A stretch of 64,000 nt of DNA from Tubulanus polymorphus (GCF_964204645.1 NC_134030.1:5932778-5996777); one strand, 5' to 3'. Numbered from the stretch's first letter, positions 28,799 to 42,852 are shown. Numbers and translations: made by a program. The notes: generated from the letters alone by a model not told the origin.

Positions 28799-29250
28799 TT
28801 ATTTTACACGACATTTTCTTATTGCATAACGCTTTATCGAGTCGCAGGCTACGTCCGTGAAAGTTTGGCCCACATTCTCCGAGTAGTCATTTACTCCGTC
28901 ACTCGGTAAATTATCCCATTCGGTGCCTGATGTATCGAACACGCTCGCCAATTTATCCTTAAATCGGACAACATTACCGAACAAAGCAAAAAGACTCGCC
29001 ACTAAACCACATATGTATTCGGGTTGTAATGTCCGCGTCCAATAAACAGTCGCTACGATAGTCGCCATTGTTGCCATAGTTAATACAAGGAAGACGTTCG
29101 ACACGTTACCACTAGGGGCGCTGTTGCATTTCTTCGTGTTGCAGAAACATATATGACCGATACCCGAAGATGACTCGGACATACAAACCAGATCGGCGTG
29201 TAAAGTCATCGGAACTCTAGTAGTACATGTTCTTCTGATTTCGGAGGGCT
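28799..29250 (-). CDS. Quiver/sleepless-like Ly6/uPAR (three-finger) protein, last exon
   Basis: Acceptor tctttttctttgcattccag|. Encodes (K)PSEIRRTC...VCMSES...HICFCNTKKCN (the C-x-C-x4-CN end typical of insect-type Ly6/quiver proteins), then a hydrophobic segment. Stop at 28801-28799. Confidence 0.88.
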
Positions 29251-30417
29251 CTGGAATGCAAAGAAAAAGAGAATAGATATAGAAAGCAAAATACGAAAAC
29301 AGGCACCATCAATTCTACGCGGGGAATATTTACATCATTGGTCATTGACATGAGCATACCAACAGTAGATTTAAAGTGCAGAACCAGTCAAATTATTGGG
29401 CCCAACAACGCCTGTGTATATCGAAAAGTATGCACGTATAGCAATAAAACAAATATAGTTGGACAATTTCCTAATTTATTTCACGCCTGTCTGATCGCAC
29501 CAAGGTATATATGTCAGTTGAAGGGCAGATGAGAACATGAGAAAGTTGCAATTTCCTGCTTCGGCAGGAGGTAATATATAAATTCGAAGTCTACACGTAA
29601 TGGGGACACTACTGTGGCAATCGAAGATTCCACTTGCGGCGGGAAGTGAGGATCCGTTAGGTTCGCTCTAGTATGCAGCTCAAATTTGATCGAAAATAAA
29701 CTAATTTGACAGTGTAAACCCGACTGTTTGCTACGCCATCCAGGGAACCCGCACTCTTAACTAGATTATGGAATCATATATTTATCTAGGAGTATGATAT
29801 GAATATGTTCATAGCTTGTGCAACAAAGCGAGGATAGTACTTGTAAATATACGATCGAATATCTCTAATGTATGAGATAGAAGCTACGAGTGCTGACTTC
29901 AAATCGGCGAGGTTATATTTATTTATACCGCGATCTCATACACGCTAGACAAGTGGTACTAGCTAGTATCAGGGGATATTTGAGATTAATTAACGCGAAT
30001 ACGTCGATATTTGATCGGCACAAGAAGCGCGGAGCCATCCATCGCCGAGTCGTCGTTACTTCAACGAGAATTGACGTCGTTCCTTATAATGGCCATCATT
30101 CCCCAGATATCCGGTGGGAGATCATCCGATTCGCTCGTCATTCGTTCATTTCTTTCCGAGCGCTGATGATCGAACGATTTGATTGTAGGAATTTAAAATT
30201 TCCCGAGCACGTCCGGTGCCAATTTCATACTTTGACTGATGAGAAATGCTAATTTACAGCCATTTGATTTTCAAATGATATCGAGAAAATTGAATCACAC
30301 ACTTCAGGCTACTTTTCAGGACGGCCGTTAATTTTGCGATGGAATAGATTTACATCTTTTCAATTTCGTCATACGACTTGAGACTGCGCCGAATGAAACT
30401 CATATCGACAAACTTAC

Positions 30418-30570
30418 TCGTTTTGCCCTGTTCCATACGAACCCACTTCACACAGGCGGCGTCACAGTTCTTCAACGTGTTGTGGGCGTCCGGATGAGAC
30501 GCGTTGAACGGATCTCCGCAAAACTTGTGCGTCTTCGAAGTGCACTCGTAACATTTTATCCGACGTAGAG
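30418..30570 (-). CDS. Quiver/Ly6 protein, exon encoding the LU-domain N-half
   Basis: Acceptor ttcattttattctctag|. Encodes LRRIKCYECTSKTHKFCGDPFN...NCDAACVKW. Donor A|GTAAGT. 153 nt, phase 1-1. With the last exon it supplies 10 Cys. Confidence 0.9.
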
Positions 30571-30917
30571 CTAGAGAATAAAATGAAAGTCGAGATTGAT
30601 GATGAATGCGAAAAAAGACGTGACGCGAATAAAAAAACGATTTATCGGCGAAGCATTCGATGAATCGCTGAGCACGAAACCCTAGGAAAACATAATTTTT
30701 GAATTTGTTGCCGTTCGAATATTGCTTACAACACAAAATGTGTGTCTAAATGGCTCGATTCAACTAGAGTAGCGTCGACTAGCCGTATTCATTCGTTCTA
30801 GACTACTTTCTTAAAAAGTCGTTATATTTTCCAAGCAGCAAAGTTCCGCATTGCGTGTCAACAATATCTAAGATTTATGGATTATAACATTTACTGCGAG
30901 AGTACTTGACTACTTAC

Positions 30918-30965
30918 TGAGGCATTCGTCGTCACCGAAACACAAGGCAGACGTTATTAGCACCA
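30918..30965 (-). CDS. Quiver/Ly6 protein, 48-nt signal-peptide exon
   Basis: Strong acceptor ttttccattcatttttag|. Encodes xVLITSALCFGDDECL. Donor A|GTAAGT. Phase 1-1, in frame with the next exon. Confidence 0.75.
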
Positions 30966-31461
30966 CTAAAAATGAATGGAAAATTAAGTAAAATGTATCA
31001 GTAATTAGTAATGCATGTGACGATCGACGAGATATATAACTCCTGATGGACGGGTCGATACTTTGTAGAGCATAATAAATGTGCTTATTGCAATTTGCCG
31101 TAGCATTGGTTGGCAATATGCGTATACTATAACAGTATCAGTATTAGACAAATTAAGATATGTTCAAGATTACGATATATTGCTACTATATGTATCATTG
31201 CATAACAAAATATTTGTTACAAACTCGCTATGGCGGCAGTAATTATAGTAAGCGATATTTTTATGCCCATCAATATTAGATGATGAATATAATTTGATTA
31301 GTTCGTTTGTGCATATTGAGATAATTGCGTTATCTGGAAAAATATTTACGCTCAATTTGCCTAGGGAGTTATCAGTAATTTCTATTCTTTTTTTTCTTCT
31401 AAAGCGTTTGTTAGAGCGTGTACTGCCGAATAATCTGCAGAGAGATCGAATTAAAACTAAC

Positions 31462-31495
31462 ACCCTCCCCGGCGCTTTGGCAGCCATTTCGTCAT
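31462..31495 (-). CDS. Candidate first coding exon of the quiver/Ly6 gene (alternative candidate at 37197-37224)
   Basis: ATG ACG AAA TGG CTG CCA AAG CGC CGG GGA GGG T|GTTAGT, phase 1, giving MTKWLPKRRGGLVLITSALCFG (basic n-region plus hydrophobic core). A CpG-rich region with TGACG half-sites lies upstream. Inference only. Confidence 0.35.
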
Positions 31496-32646
31496 AATCG
31501 CCAGCGATGTTGAGATTAATTGACATGCTGTGAATCCCGATGACGTCGCATGACGCGACGATGACCCGCGTGTGCGCTAGCAAGCGTCAGCAGCTGGATT
31601 CTAGACTCGTGAAATATTCATCTCGATCTCACTGTTTCCAAAACGATATGAGAGAAGCAAGTAATTATGATGATATTTGAACACGTGCGAGGACAGCTGA
31701 AATACCAGAGAGTGAATATACGCACTTAAAAAACAACAACTAATAAAGCATGAATATGGTACGAACAACGAATAAAACGACACGCTCATTTTGTGTTACA
31801 GTAGCCAATGGTCTTTATTTCAAATAACCAAAACGTATATGCTAAATGATTATCGTGCATGTTGAACTAAAGCCCAAATAATTGCCAGTGGCTTAACTAT
31901 ATCTAGTGTTGGGAATTTCATCACAATAACTAGGCCCAGGTCGATACGTTATTGATAATGGCGATGATGGCCATTAGTGAGTAACATCTCTCCACTAATT
32001 TGGATCTATAACCAAGTAATTAATAATCATCGCTCGTTTCGTTACAACTAATGCTATATACACTAAAACTACACAAAACACTGAACACCAGAACCTGTTG
32101 TGACAACACGTATTTCATAATCAGTAACGCAAACGACAATCTGCGAACCTTTCAATCGATCCCAGCGAAACAACGTCGTGTCATGGGTTAAAACTACAGC
32201 GATTAAAAGCATTTCTTTATATATAAATACATCTACAAATGCACCGTCGACATGTTCGCAAAAACAGTCTATTTACGGAATTTCAGAACTTTCAAATTGA
32301 TGTCATGGATATCCACTTGATATCTGTTGGATGTCGATCGATCGCTAAATTTCAAAAATAGATTTCATCATGCCACGTGAATTTTTGATTGATGCTATTT
32401 CTTTAAATCTAAAAAAGCAAGTTGCTGAACAGTGAAGAAGAATCATTTTACCATATCTGATCGTTTATGTATTTTATCCTTCGCCTCGTTTCAACCTCAT
32501 TAATACCCGAAGAGCAGCAAAATAAATTCCAACAGAAATCGTAAAACAATCATCGAAACAACAGAACCGTCTAGCGAGGAAAACGTGAAAAATTCACTAT
32601 CCATTAATTGATATTTTGAAGGGGACTCAACAATGTTTTGTGCGAT

Positions 32647-32731
32647 GAGAACTAATTTCACTGAAATGACGTTCGTGTAGACCTTAGCGTGCGTAGCGCG
32701 TAAAGAAACTCATTTCAGTGAAATGGTTCTC
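32647..32731. repeat. 85-bp inverted-repeat hairpin
   Basis: GAGAACTAATTTCACTGAAATGA ... TCATTTCAGTGAAATGGTTCTC (about 22-bp near-perfect arms). Confidence 0.7.
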
Positions 32732-33266
32732 GTGTGTTTTGAATAATTCATTACATAGACAATAGGCTTTTTATGTTCGCTGCTCTCTGGTTATTGTGAA
32801 AAGAAGGGTTTCATTACGAACGTTGTCACAACAGTTGCTGATTTGTGGTTTTTCTACTCGTGTGATGAAGTTACTCTATATAGAAGTGTGTGTATCGTAA
32901 TGTACCAGTAATGTACAAGCTTGTGTCGATGGGGATACCATACAGTGGACTTCCCATTGGTGGACACTATACGCAAGTGTCCCTACGGAACACAATCTGA
33001 AGAGAAAATAAAGAAAAAAACAATGACCGTTAATGTTTGACGATGAAATCAACCAGTGTAAGGAAATGATTAGAACAATCTGCAAAAATAACATGCATAA
33101 AAATCTTACAAAATCAATTATTCTTCGATAATATGATAAATAATGACACTACTAAAGAACAATAATAATCGTAGTAGAATTGTTAGCATTCTTTGTACGA
33201 AAAATAGAAGAACAAAAATAGATGCTGCATATTTCAAATCTACTCCAATATTCTAGACTTTAAAAA

Positions 33267-33517
<251 letters not shown>

Positions 33518-36500
33518 GATATTGAAAAATGTAGACTTCGTTGTGTTAGTAAACAGGAACTATGAAAATATCTTACAAACGATGGTTTTATAACGTTACG
33601 TACGTGCTACATAGCGGTTTTACGGAATAGACAGACTCGAGGGTCGGATTCTAAGAAATTAATTTTGGTTATCTAGCGACAACGTGAAGAAATGTAATCC
33701 GACCGCAAAGATTGCATTAAACCTCGTATGATTTAACCAATATCGTTTGCTTGAAAAGAAACTACTAGAGTGGCCTCTTCTGATCAATCAACAACAGCAG
33801 CGATAGTAGCCTATCTCGACGTAAGCACAAAAATACTCAATTCAAGTCACGATTGCTGCCGCATTCGTGTTTGGTCTCTGATTCGCGGAACGACCATTTC
33901 CTAGTAGAGAATTCATTTGAATTTTGACAATTAAGTCAGCGCAAGCTGTATTTGCACCGTAGAATCGTCTGAACTCGGTCCCCCTGTTTATACCAGATTT
34001 CCAATAACCAGCTAGCTAGCAAATTGGTTTTGTGCTGATGTATATATGCGCGTTCGTAACTATTTCTCAACACGTTCCCAATCATCGATACGAGGGAGAT
34101 TGCTCTGAAAATTGGTAAATCTAATTTTTATATGAACCGTTAGACCTGAGGACTCTTGACCGTTTAGAATATGACGCATACAAATATCCCGTTTGCAAGT
34201 GCCTTCAACCAACCAGTTCTTGAGAGCTGTTGCACTATAGTTTTTTTTTCTATTTTTCGAACATGACATTCGCATAAATGGAAGTGGAATGATAGATATT
34301 CGAATTCCAGACCAAAGAGTGTTTGGCAATTTCCCATTCCGTATAGCTTGACTTAGCCACGATTTAGGATGTTTTGAATATAAGCCACGATGTGGGCTTC
34401 AGTATTTTCCAAAGTGAATTTCGAAATACGATAGACAGTTCTGCAATTATATTATTCTACGAACGAGAACAACCAGGGGCGGACCCAAGGGCAGACGGGA
34501 GCACAAAGAAATGAGAAGGGTATACTATATACTGAATAATATACTGAAAAAGGGCAAGTGAAGTATTCATGCAGCCAAAACAATTTTGAAATGTCAGTGC
34601 ATTTTTATACAATATCTACTCATGAGGAACGTTAAAGAGAATTGTGCTGCGGAATGACGTTCTATCAGTTGCGGGTGGAAAAAGTGCCTTGACAAAAATT
34701 GCCATTGCATTTTCAAAACGGCGCGGGAAAAATGAAAAATGCGACGGGAGCACGTGCTACTTGTCCCTCCGTCTGGACTTGCCCACGGAACCTTTCTCCG
34801 CAGCTTCTAGGGAGATATGGATCTATCTAATGAGATGGCGATACTCGTTACCTTCCCTTTACATATAGACTGCCTGTCTTATGCGTGTAGAATGTATATG
34901 AAATCGTATCATCAATTTTGATTACCGTCATCGCCATTCGTCGGGGTGATAAAATGGCTGCGGTATTCTGCATATCTCGGTCGGTGCACCTCGCGATGCC
35001 AGCACACCGACCTGAGTCCGGGCGCCATTGCTTGTTCACGTGTAAGTTAATTGCGTTGCACACGTCGGAAAAATCAATCGAATGAGGTAAAACTTGCACG
35101 TAATACCAACGATAACGACACTGTGTTTCCACCAGACCACCCGGTATCCCCGGGGTTTCGATTTTGAAATACGATCACGCATCGCATTAATGGATTGATA
35201 GAAGTTAAGAAATCGTCGAGTCGTAATGAAAATAGACTAAACGCAGCTGACTGATATCACTCGATCAAATACGAAATTAAGAACTCAAATATTGAGAATT
35301 CGCTCAATAAATGTCATTATATTGATTTGAGTGAGAATAACGAAAATAAACGAAATACGTTCATGGGCAGAAAACCTTGTACAAATTACTCAACTAATTT
35401 CGTGAAAGAGGACCATGTTGTTACTGTATCTATATTAACTGCTTCCGACTCGAAATGACACTTAATTGTTCTACATAGAAAAGCATGAGTAATTGGCTCC
35501 GGAATCGCGATATCTAGATCTTTTTGTGACGATATTGCCCTCCTCGCGATGAAAACGAGGATTTTGTTTCTTTTATCTGTATTGACAAAACCCGTGAGTC
35601 GCGTTGCCTTGGAAATATATGAAATTCTATCAAAATCTGACATATCGTCATTTTGTACGACAATGGACAAGTCGTTTATTCGGATTCATCGCTTATTGAT
35701 AAGGATAAGTGCCGGTCATGTAGCATATCTGCTGTCTTATCTGTCACGTATGGCGAGAGAAAGCGAGAAATCCAGAAAAAAAAATTAATATTTCATTTCA
35801 TCGTCCCGAAGGGTACTATATTAAGGTCACAATCAGCGTATCCGTATGTTTGCATGTTAATTACTAGAAGAGTGATAACGTAGGGAGTTGATTAGATCAT
35901 GCCAATTAATAGTGATATTCAACGTCAGAAAACCTCATCCTGCAGGGGCTAATCAGTTCGCGTTGACATTCGACAAGCGTCTGATCTAATTATCGAATTG
36001 TGTCGTTATAGTCGCTTCTAATATTATTTATTTCATAACACAGGGTAGATTTGCTTTTACCATAATCTGAACTCAGAGCCTCGGTGAAGACAGCCGTGTA
36101 CGCTAATAATATTCAAACAAGCGAGTTGAAATACCGCGCAGTCAAGCACTTAAACGTCGATGACGCAAACCTAAAGTTTGCCATTGATTTACTGGCTGTC
36201 GTAAATTCAGATATTTGCTGAAACGTGCATCGCCATATTAGCACTGATCATAGAGTAATTTGAGTTTCCAACACCGATGGCCCGGACAGAAGTTTCGACC
36301 CAAGAGGACCAGTGAAAACCTCTAATGCATTTTTACTAGACACGCGATTGGAAATGACAGATGGTAATGTTCTCTCGGCCTCGGATTACTTCAATAGCAT
36401 ATGGCGACGATATACATTTTCAGCCCAACCGAAACAATGGTCTCAAACGAAATCAACTTGATACTTCATTCACTTACGCGATTACTGAATAAAAGAATAA

Positions 36501-39500
36501 AATAGCCATTAAGCGGTAAGGTTTTAAATACCTGAATGACATAGCCTACATACAATCATTAATAAAGCTGTATACGAGATCGACGTTTTCCATTTCAATT
36601 TTTCGGATTGAATATTGGAATTTACACAAGTATATTATGAACTCAATACGTCAAATTAAAAACACGTGGTTTATATTTAAACAATACCGGTACATATTAA
36701 ATGGAACAGATAATTTTTAGTTCAAAACACATATATACCTATATGTTACACTCTACAACGATTTATACAAAATAGCGATAAAAACGAACTCCGAACCCTG
36801 TTATGTTTTTTTTCCGACAATGCGCGGTGAAATGAGATTCTTAAGGTCGTCGTCGTCGACTAGAATATGTCAGTAATAATTCGTGGAAGAATGGGGGAGA
36901 GTCAATTCGTCATTTCAGTTGTCTCGTTTTACGTCATCACAACACCGTGTCGTCCTAAAATGATGTCAATTCGGAAACTAATTCGAGTAGGAAAAAAACT
37001 ATTAACATAATAAAAGTGTAAACGGAACAGTTCCCATGTATATTACATGGATTATAGAAAATATGAGTTTGTATATATTTCTTATAGTGTTTATTCATAA
37101 TGTTTACTTTTTCTACATTCGCGCGCGTGTGTGTGTGTATCATTTATCTGCATATTCTTAATATATATTTATATATTTTCTCATCGGGTTTCTCACATAT
37201 TGGCATAGAATCGATATCGTACATCCGTCGTCTGGCGATGTTGTTATTTTCGATGTAAAAAAAAAACGACGACGCAAACGATTACAAGAGGGGAAGAGAG
37301 TGGGAGCGAGAGGAGAGAGAGAGATATGTCGGACACTAAAGTGTCGCAGAAACACGTATATATACACATATATAAACGATGACTGCTGATGTGTGGTATA
37401 TTGCAGTGATGTATATACATATACATATTGACGTCTGACGTACGTACAGAGAAATCCATAGCATTTTATCCGCGAAATGAAATTAGTTTCAGCCGAAGGA
37501 TCAGATACGGATTTAAGGGTGTATAACGGCGTAGCCTTTCTCACTTATCGCAGCAGTTTCTTGATTAGCGATATTCATATCATGAGCCGTTCATTTGATG
37601 TAGAAAGATATATATATATATACATGTACGCAACAAGTTGGAGTTGCAGTGATTATATATAGCCTTACTTAAGTAAATCATATTTATGATTACTTAACCG
37701 GGGTACAGCTAACCTGCGGAAATTGAAGCTGTTATCATATAAGTAGATGGTGGAGATAATGAGGGTACCAATAGTGCCAATTAATTTTCGAACCACGCGC
37801 GTTCGTGACTTCCATAAAGTCTGATGAAATTAGAAATATCTTTACACATGATCTATGTAGCAATCTCTTTAATATCGAAGTGGCTGTTTATAACGAGTAA
37901 CCTTACATTCCCACGTAAAAGGGTTAAACTGAGCTTTATTCCATCGCTGAAATTGGGCGAGGTTTGAGCCAGAGAATGGCCGTTCATCAGGGCGAGACGA
38001 TCTAGTTTAATGACAAAATGGCTGCCGCGCCATAATTTTGCCGAAACATGACTCCTTACATAATAATAATGATACTAGACACAAATGCAAACATCGTAAA
38101 CTTATTGTACATCTTCGATTACCTGCGAATTGGACTATAAGGCACTCTGGAGAGGCATTTAATCCGTTAAATCCAAACATTGCCGTTAATACTCCATAAA
38201 GACCCTATCACAATGTATGTATCGAATACCGCATAATCATAATCCGTCATCCGGAGTGAACTCGCAAACGGACATTCTAAAGCAAAAAACTCCAGCCTTC
38301 ATCCTCAAACATCGTAATATCATTGATCTTACAGCGCAATACCCATCATCATCATCATCAAGAGTAGAACTTGCTGCCTTTGCAACACTTGGATGCTTCG
38401 CAGATTCTTTACTTATAGCGCACCGACACACGCTGATGGTGCTGGAATACGGCGCAGTGTGGTGGAATATCGATGCGATGGTGCACTCGCATGTGTTCGT
38501 TTCTCTGGGGAAGCTTTCTATTTCTATCTCCCGACAGCCGCCGCCGAGCTCAATACTGCTTTCGGCTATATCTAGTATGTAATCCCAATAAATAAATTCC
38601 GTGTTTTGAGACTCGTTTTACATCTAAGTAAGTCGTGAATCAATTAGGCGACAGGAGCGACCGCTGCGACGCGTTGAGTAGCGATGGCGACCGAACGAAA
38701 ATCGACTGAATAAATTTTCACCCGAATACATACATAAACATTAAGCTATGATTGAAATTCCGTATCGCAAGTCGCTGCCGTCATAACACCTTTCACTGGA
38801 AGAACATGCAGATGAAGGATAAAAGAAGGATTGGGCGAACTGGTCGCTCGATCGCCATATTTGATTTCAATTCATGCGCGAAGGATTTATGAATGCTCTC
38901 AAGATGCACAGTATACATGTATATATCGACCGACTGGGTGTTAAATACTTGCTCGCGGAATCTCTATCTCTCGTATAGAGAATCAGATGACGTAAAACCT
39001 CTGATTCGATGAACGTTTCGCTCAAACGGCGAAATAGTCCGCAATGAAAGATAGCCGGAAGTATGCATTATAAATCATACGCGATAAACGACCATGGGAA
39101 ATCCTGACTATGATCGTTCGCGATTTCGACAGAAATCTTTACGTTTAGCCTTAAACGATTTACATTCAAATTTGAAAAATAACCTCATATTATACTGGTA
39201 TCAGGTTACCCGTTTCGGTATATATGTTTCGCCCATCGAAAAATCATTTTTTATCATATTAATCAACCATATGAAATACAAGATATACGAGTCGAATTTC
39301 AGGCATATGTGGAAACTACTGCTCGTGTAAATGATCGTACACAATTCAAGCACCTCCATTCGGTTTAGGTTTACAGGAGGAACTGGCGTTTAAAGTTTTC
39401 TCTCTGATGATAACTCGTGTTGTAGCATCAGTTGGTTCGTTCACTATCTAAAACTATATACTACGTAAACACGTTCTCGTAAGAAGAAAAATATGCTCTC

Positions 39501-40484
39501 TATTCTCAAACGCGAGACCTTTTCACCGTGGTTGATTTAACAGATCCATGCTCTTTTACAAGAGCTAAACTTTCCCTCTGCAAGGGATATACAGTGAAAA
39601 AATAACATATAGGCATTAATGTTGTTTTACTTCCCTTAATGTGTATGTGATATCCCTCAACTGACTGAACGCCACGAAGGCATTACATTAATAGCAAGTT
39701 TTAAGCTCCCTTTTCTAATTACAGAATGGAGAAGCCAGAAAAAACAATTTTGCTAGATCTGCTAAAATGTCGCTAACGAATTCAAATTTTCTTTTATGGT
39801 CCATCATTTTCCCAACTAATGAGGCCTGGAATGACGATGCCTATCACTATCACAGACACAATCGATAATATCTTTCTACTATGGATAGAAAGATTCAATT
39901 TACAAAACCCTCTATAATCGGAATAGAGTGAATTATATTATCCTTTCTCCGTGGCCCGAATGAAATAAAAGTATTAAGCGATGAAATAAAGACTTCTGAT
40001 ATATTCTGCGTTAATGGATGCAAATAGCTTTAGAGGAGATTTAAATTGGCGTCAGTAAACAGCTAAACGAGTGATTATCCACGCCTAAAAACGCGCGTCG
40101 CCAAGGAAGTCTGGAATAATTGAAAAACCTAGTGGGAGACCGACGTACAGTAAATCTCGTATACATGAAAGGCTCGAATCAATAACGTTCAATCACTACA
40201 AAGCTAATAGTATCCCTTCACCGGAAGTCACTTTTACGCCATTCTATTGCGTAGACTTATCACTTCCCGGGCGTCACAACAAACATACGTTATGACTATA
40301 CAGACATATTGTGGTTTCTGAATACATAAACAGATACTGTGTATAAAGAAATGTAGTTTGATATATACTATTCATAACTAAGTGACCGTTCGTCCGATCA
40401 GTGGCGGCGTGTACAAATGAAATAAACATTTTTTCTGACGCGAGCTGCACAAATTGTATCCATTTTTGTGTTGAACAGGTAGTC

Positions 40485-40585
40485 ATAGTCATGGCTTATA
40501 TAGACTTATGACCATTCTCAGACCACCTTAGATCTATAGCCATCTTAAACAACTGAAGATCGGTCTTAAGATTAAAGACCACTTT
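40485..40585 (+). repeat. Degenerate interspersed repeat, sister copy of the host element at 41843-42093
   Basis: CATAGTCATGGC...AGACCACCTTAGATCTATAGC...GGTCTTAAGATTAAAGACCACTTT aligns with CATAGTCATGGC...AGACCATTTAGTTCTATAGC...AGTCTTAAGATTTAAAACCACTTT. Confidence 0.65.
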
Positions 40586-41176
40586 TGTGTACTAACGTCT
40601 CGCCCACGGAACCGTATTCTAATTTCTAAAAATATTTCCTCTGGAAATCCTGGGGATGCTTTTATACTGGTATTTAGATGATATAGTAGTTTGCATTCGT
40701 GAAATTTCAACCCACACATTATGGCGTCTGTCCTGCATTCATTTATCGACCGATTTAACGTGTTTTAGATTCGCTCTCGTCACTGAACTCATAACTCATT
40801 TACGATTTAAACAACCTTCAAATGGGCAAATAAAAATTCCTTTCTCCACTTTGTGTGTGATTTAACTGGTCTATATATATACCGACCATTGTCAAAATAC
40901 CTTATAGGATTTTACTGTAAATAGTTCGTCATATTTGTTATATATGCAGTTCACACGCTCTTGTCGAATGTATAAAATGCTATCGAATTCTGATTCTATG
41001 GAAGAAAAGGTCAAACTATTTTTCAAAGGCAATGAATTAAAAACACGGCCTTTACAAAGCCACAAAATTGTTCATAGGTCACTATAGATGTTCTTTTTCT
41101 CTTTTCATACCAAACGATTTGAGAATTATGCCTGGAACATGGCCACAACATTTGAATCAAATGATTGAAAAAATAC

Positions 41177-41432
41177 AGGGGCGGATCTAGGGTCTGATTC
41201 AGGTAGGGATGCACCCCCAAAATAGGGCATATCATTTTATCAAAAGGGCAACCCGAAAGTAAACTAATCGAAAGAAAATTAACTCATTTTTGGAAATACA
41301 GAGAAAAGCTTACGAAATTAAACTTGTTTAGGTATCAGTCTAATATATTCCATTTTTCCGTAATATTTCTGGGCAATTTGACACTTTAAAGGTGGGTGCG
41401 CACCGCTTGCACCTGACCTTGGATCCGCCCCT
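41177..41432. mobile_element. 256-bp MITE with AGGGGCGGATC TIRs; related solo end at about 34474-34491
   Basis: Left AGGGGCGGATCTAGGGTC; right end reverse-complements to AGGGGCGGATCCAAGGTC. No clean TSD seen. Confidence 0.75.
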
Positions 41433-41842
41433 AAAATGGCAACAATTGGCAGAAAATGTCCCCTACTCGTCTTTTATCGGATGTAATACATCATTTTGAT
41501 ACTTCCCATAGAGTACAGAGACGAACAGAACTCATATTGATACGTAATCAACTGATGAATGGAATATATAACGATCTGAATAGTCGCTTAACAAATCACT
41601 TAAGGATAAGCGCAGCTACCTAATGATAGGATATATGTAACTATTGACGCGTGTGTGTACATGAATTGAAAGGGGTTCAGCAGCACTTTATACAATATCG
41701 GAAATTATATAATTGATATTACGAAGACAATCAAACTGTAAGACGTTTTTGTTTGATATTTGATTCTCAGAGCAATTTTTGCAATAGTCAACGTTCGATA
41801 ATACACCACCACGTATACTACTTACTCTTTCAACTATAGCAC

Positions 41843-42093
41843 TGGAGCTGAATCCATAGTCATGGCCGGTGTCATAGAATCAGATACCCCCCCATGTCAG
41901 ATGCCCCCACCAATGCATTGATATTAAGTACCCCAACTCTTAATCCTGAGATCTATTGTAAGGAGGCATATTTTATTTTATGACACCAGTCTGAGACCAT
42001 TTAGTTCTATAGCTAAACTAACAAAACTTAAGACCAGTCTTAAGATTTAAAACCACTTTGGTCTTAAGTCTCTCGACTAATGGACATGGCCCC
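41843..42093. mobile_element. Nested MITEs: an element of about 125 bp (about 41866-41989) inside a TTAAGACCAGTCTTAA-type element
   Basis: Inner TIRs CCGGTGTCATAGAAT / ATTTTATGACACCAG. Removing the inner element approximately restores colinearity with the copy at 40485-40585. Confidence 0.55.
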
Positions 42094-42752
42094 TGTATAT
42101 AGTGTAAGCTCCATCAAAAATGTACATGCCTATAATTTCAAAGCTAAAAATAGAAAATATTCTATATATCTTATAATATTATATTTAGTTATTGCAATGT
42201 CGCTGAAATAACACTTTCTCTATTTACCAACGCGAATTAATTTTTTCGGGGTACTCCGATTGTTTCTGTGAATGAGTCGCAGCTGGTGCACCTGGCTTTC
42301 AAATAACGCTTACACATTTTGCCACCAAAGAACATACTGTATTATTACACATGCGACATCGTCATAAATAAAGCACAGCATAAGCACATCAGAGATGACA
42401 CCAAAACGTGTGTCTGCTAATCCTCGGCAGCCGAAATTAATCAAATACCGAAACTGCTGCTGCTGCTACTGCTAGAATTCCATCCCCGTTTTTAATTGAG
42501 ATCAATGAAACTATAAAAGCGATGTCTACGCGTGATTAATTTGACACAAAGGACGTTCTTACCCGTCAAGAGAATCGGATATGCGTTATCGATACGTCGT
42601 TTTCATCGACTTCAGCCATCATTTTCTCATATTATCGACATAATGTTTTGTTGAAATCAGCTTCGTTAAAAAGGGCGATAGATAATGCATAGATATGTAA
42701 ACGAAAAATACCGAAGCGTCGTTCGTTTGCTTGTTGTCTCCTATTTACCATC

Positions 42753-42852
42753 TGGATCCAGTTCCACAATTCTGAGTTAAATTTAACTCATCGAAAATGA
42801 ATTGATTTTAGCTCTGAGTTAACTCTAACTCATAACTGTGGAACCGGGCCCA
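42753..42852. mobile_element. 100-bp palindromic MITE
   Basis: Left TGGATCCAGTTCCACAATTCTGAGTTA; right end reverse-complements to TGGGCCCGGTTCCACAGTTATGAGTTA. Confidence 0.72.

Noticed and set aside
29554-29569. TCCTGC-TTCG-GCAGGA cUUCGg tetraloop hairpin resembling the U6 5' stem-loop
   Set aside because: No ACAGAGA box or other U6 sequence follows. It is an isolated 6-bp stem antisense to the host intron.
31170-31583. 137-aa ORF as a long N-terminal extension of the Ly6 gene
   Set aside because: It is out of frame with the signal-peptide exon, with stops in between. A strong acceptor at 30966 explains the exon better.
33665-33678. TTTGGTTATCTAGC matching the middle of miR-9
   Set aside because: The seed differs, the 3' end diverges, and there is no complementary star arm nearby.
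38217-38618. About 120 codons open on both strands
   Set aside because: No recognisable domain and no convincing splice signals. The locally higher GC content makes chance open frames likely.
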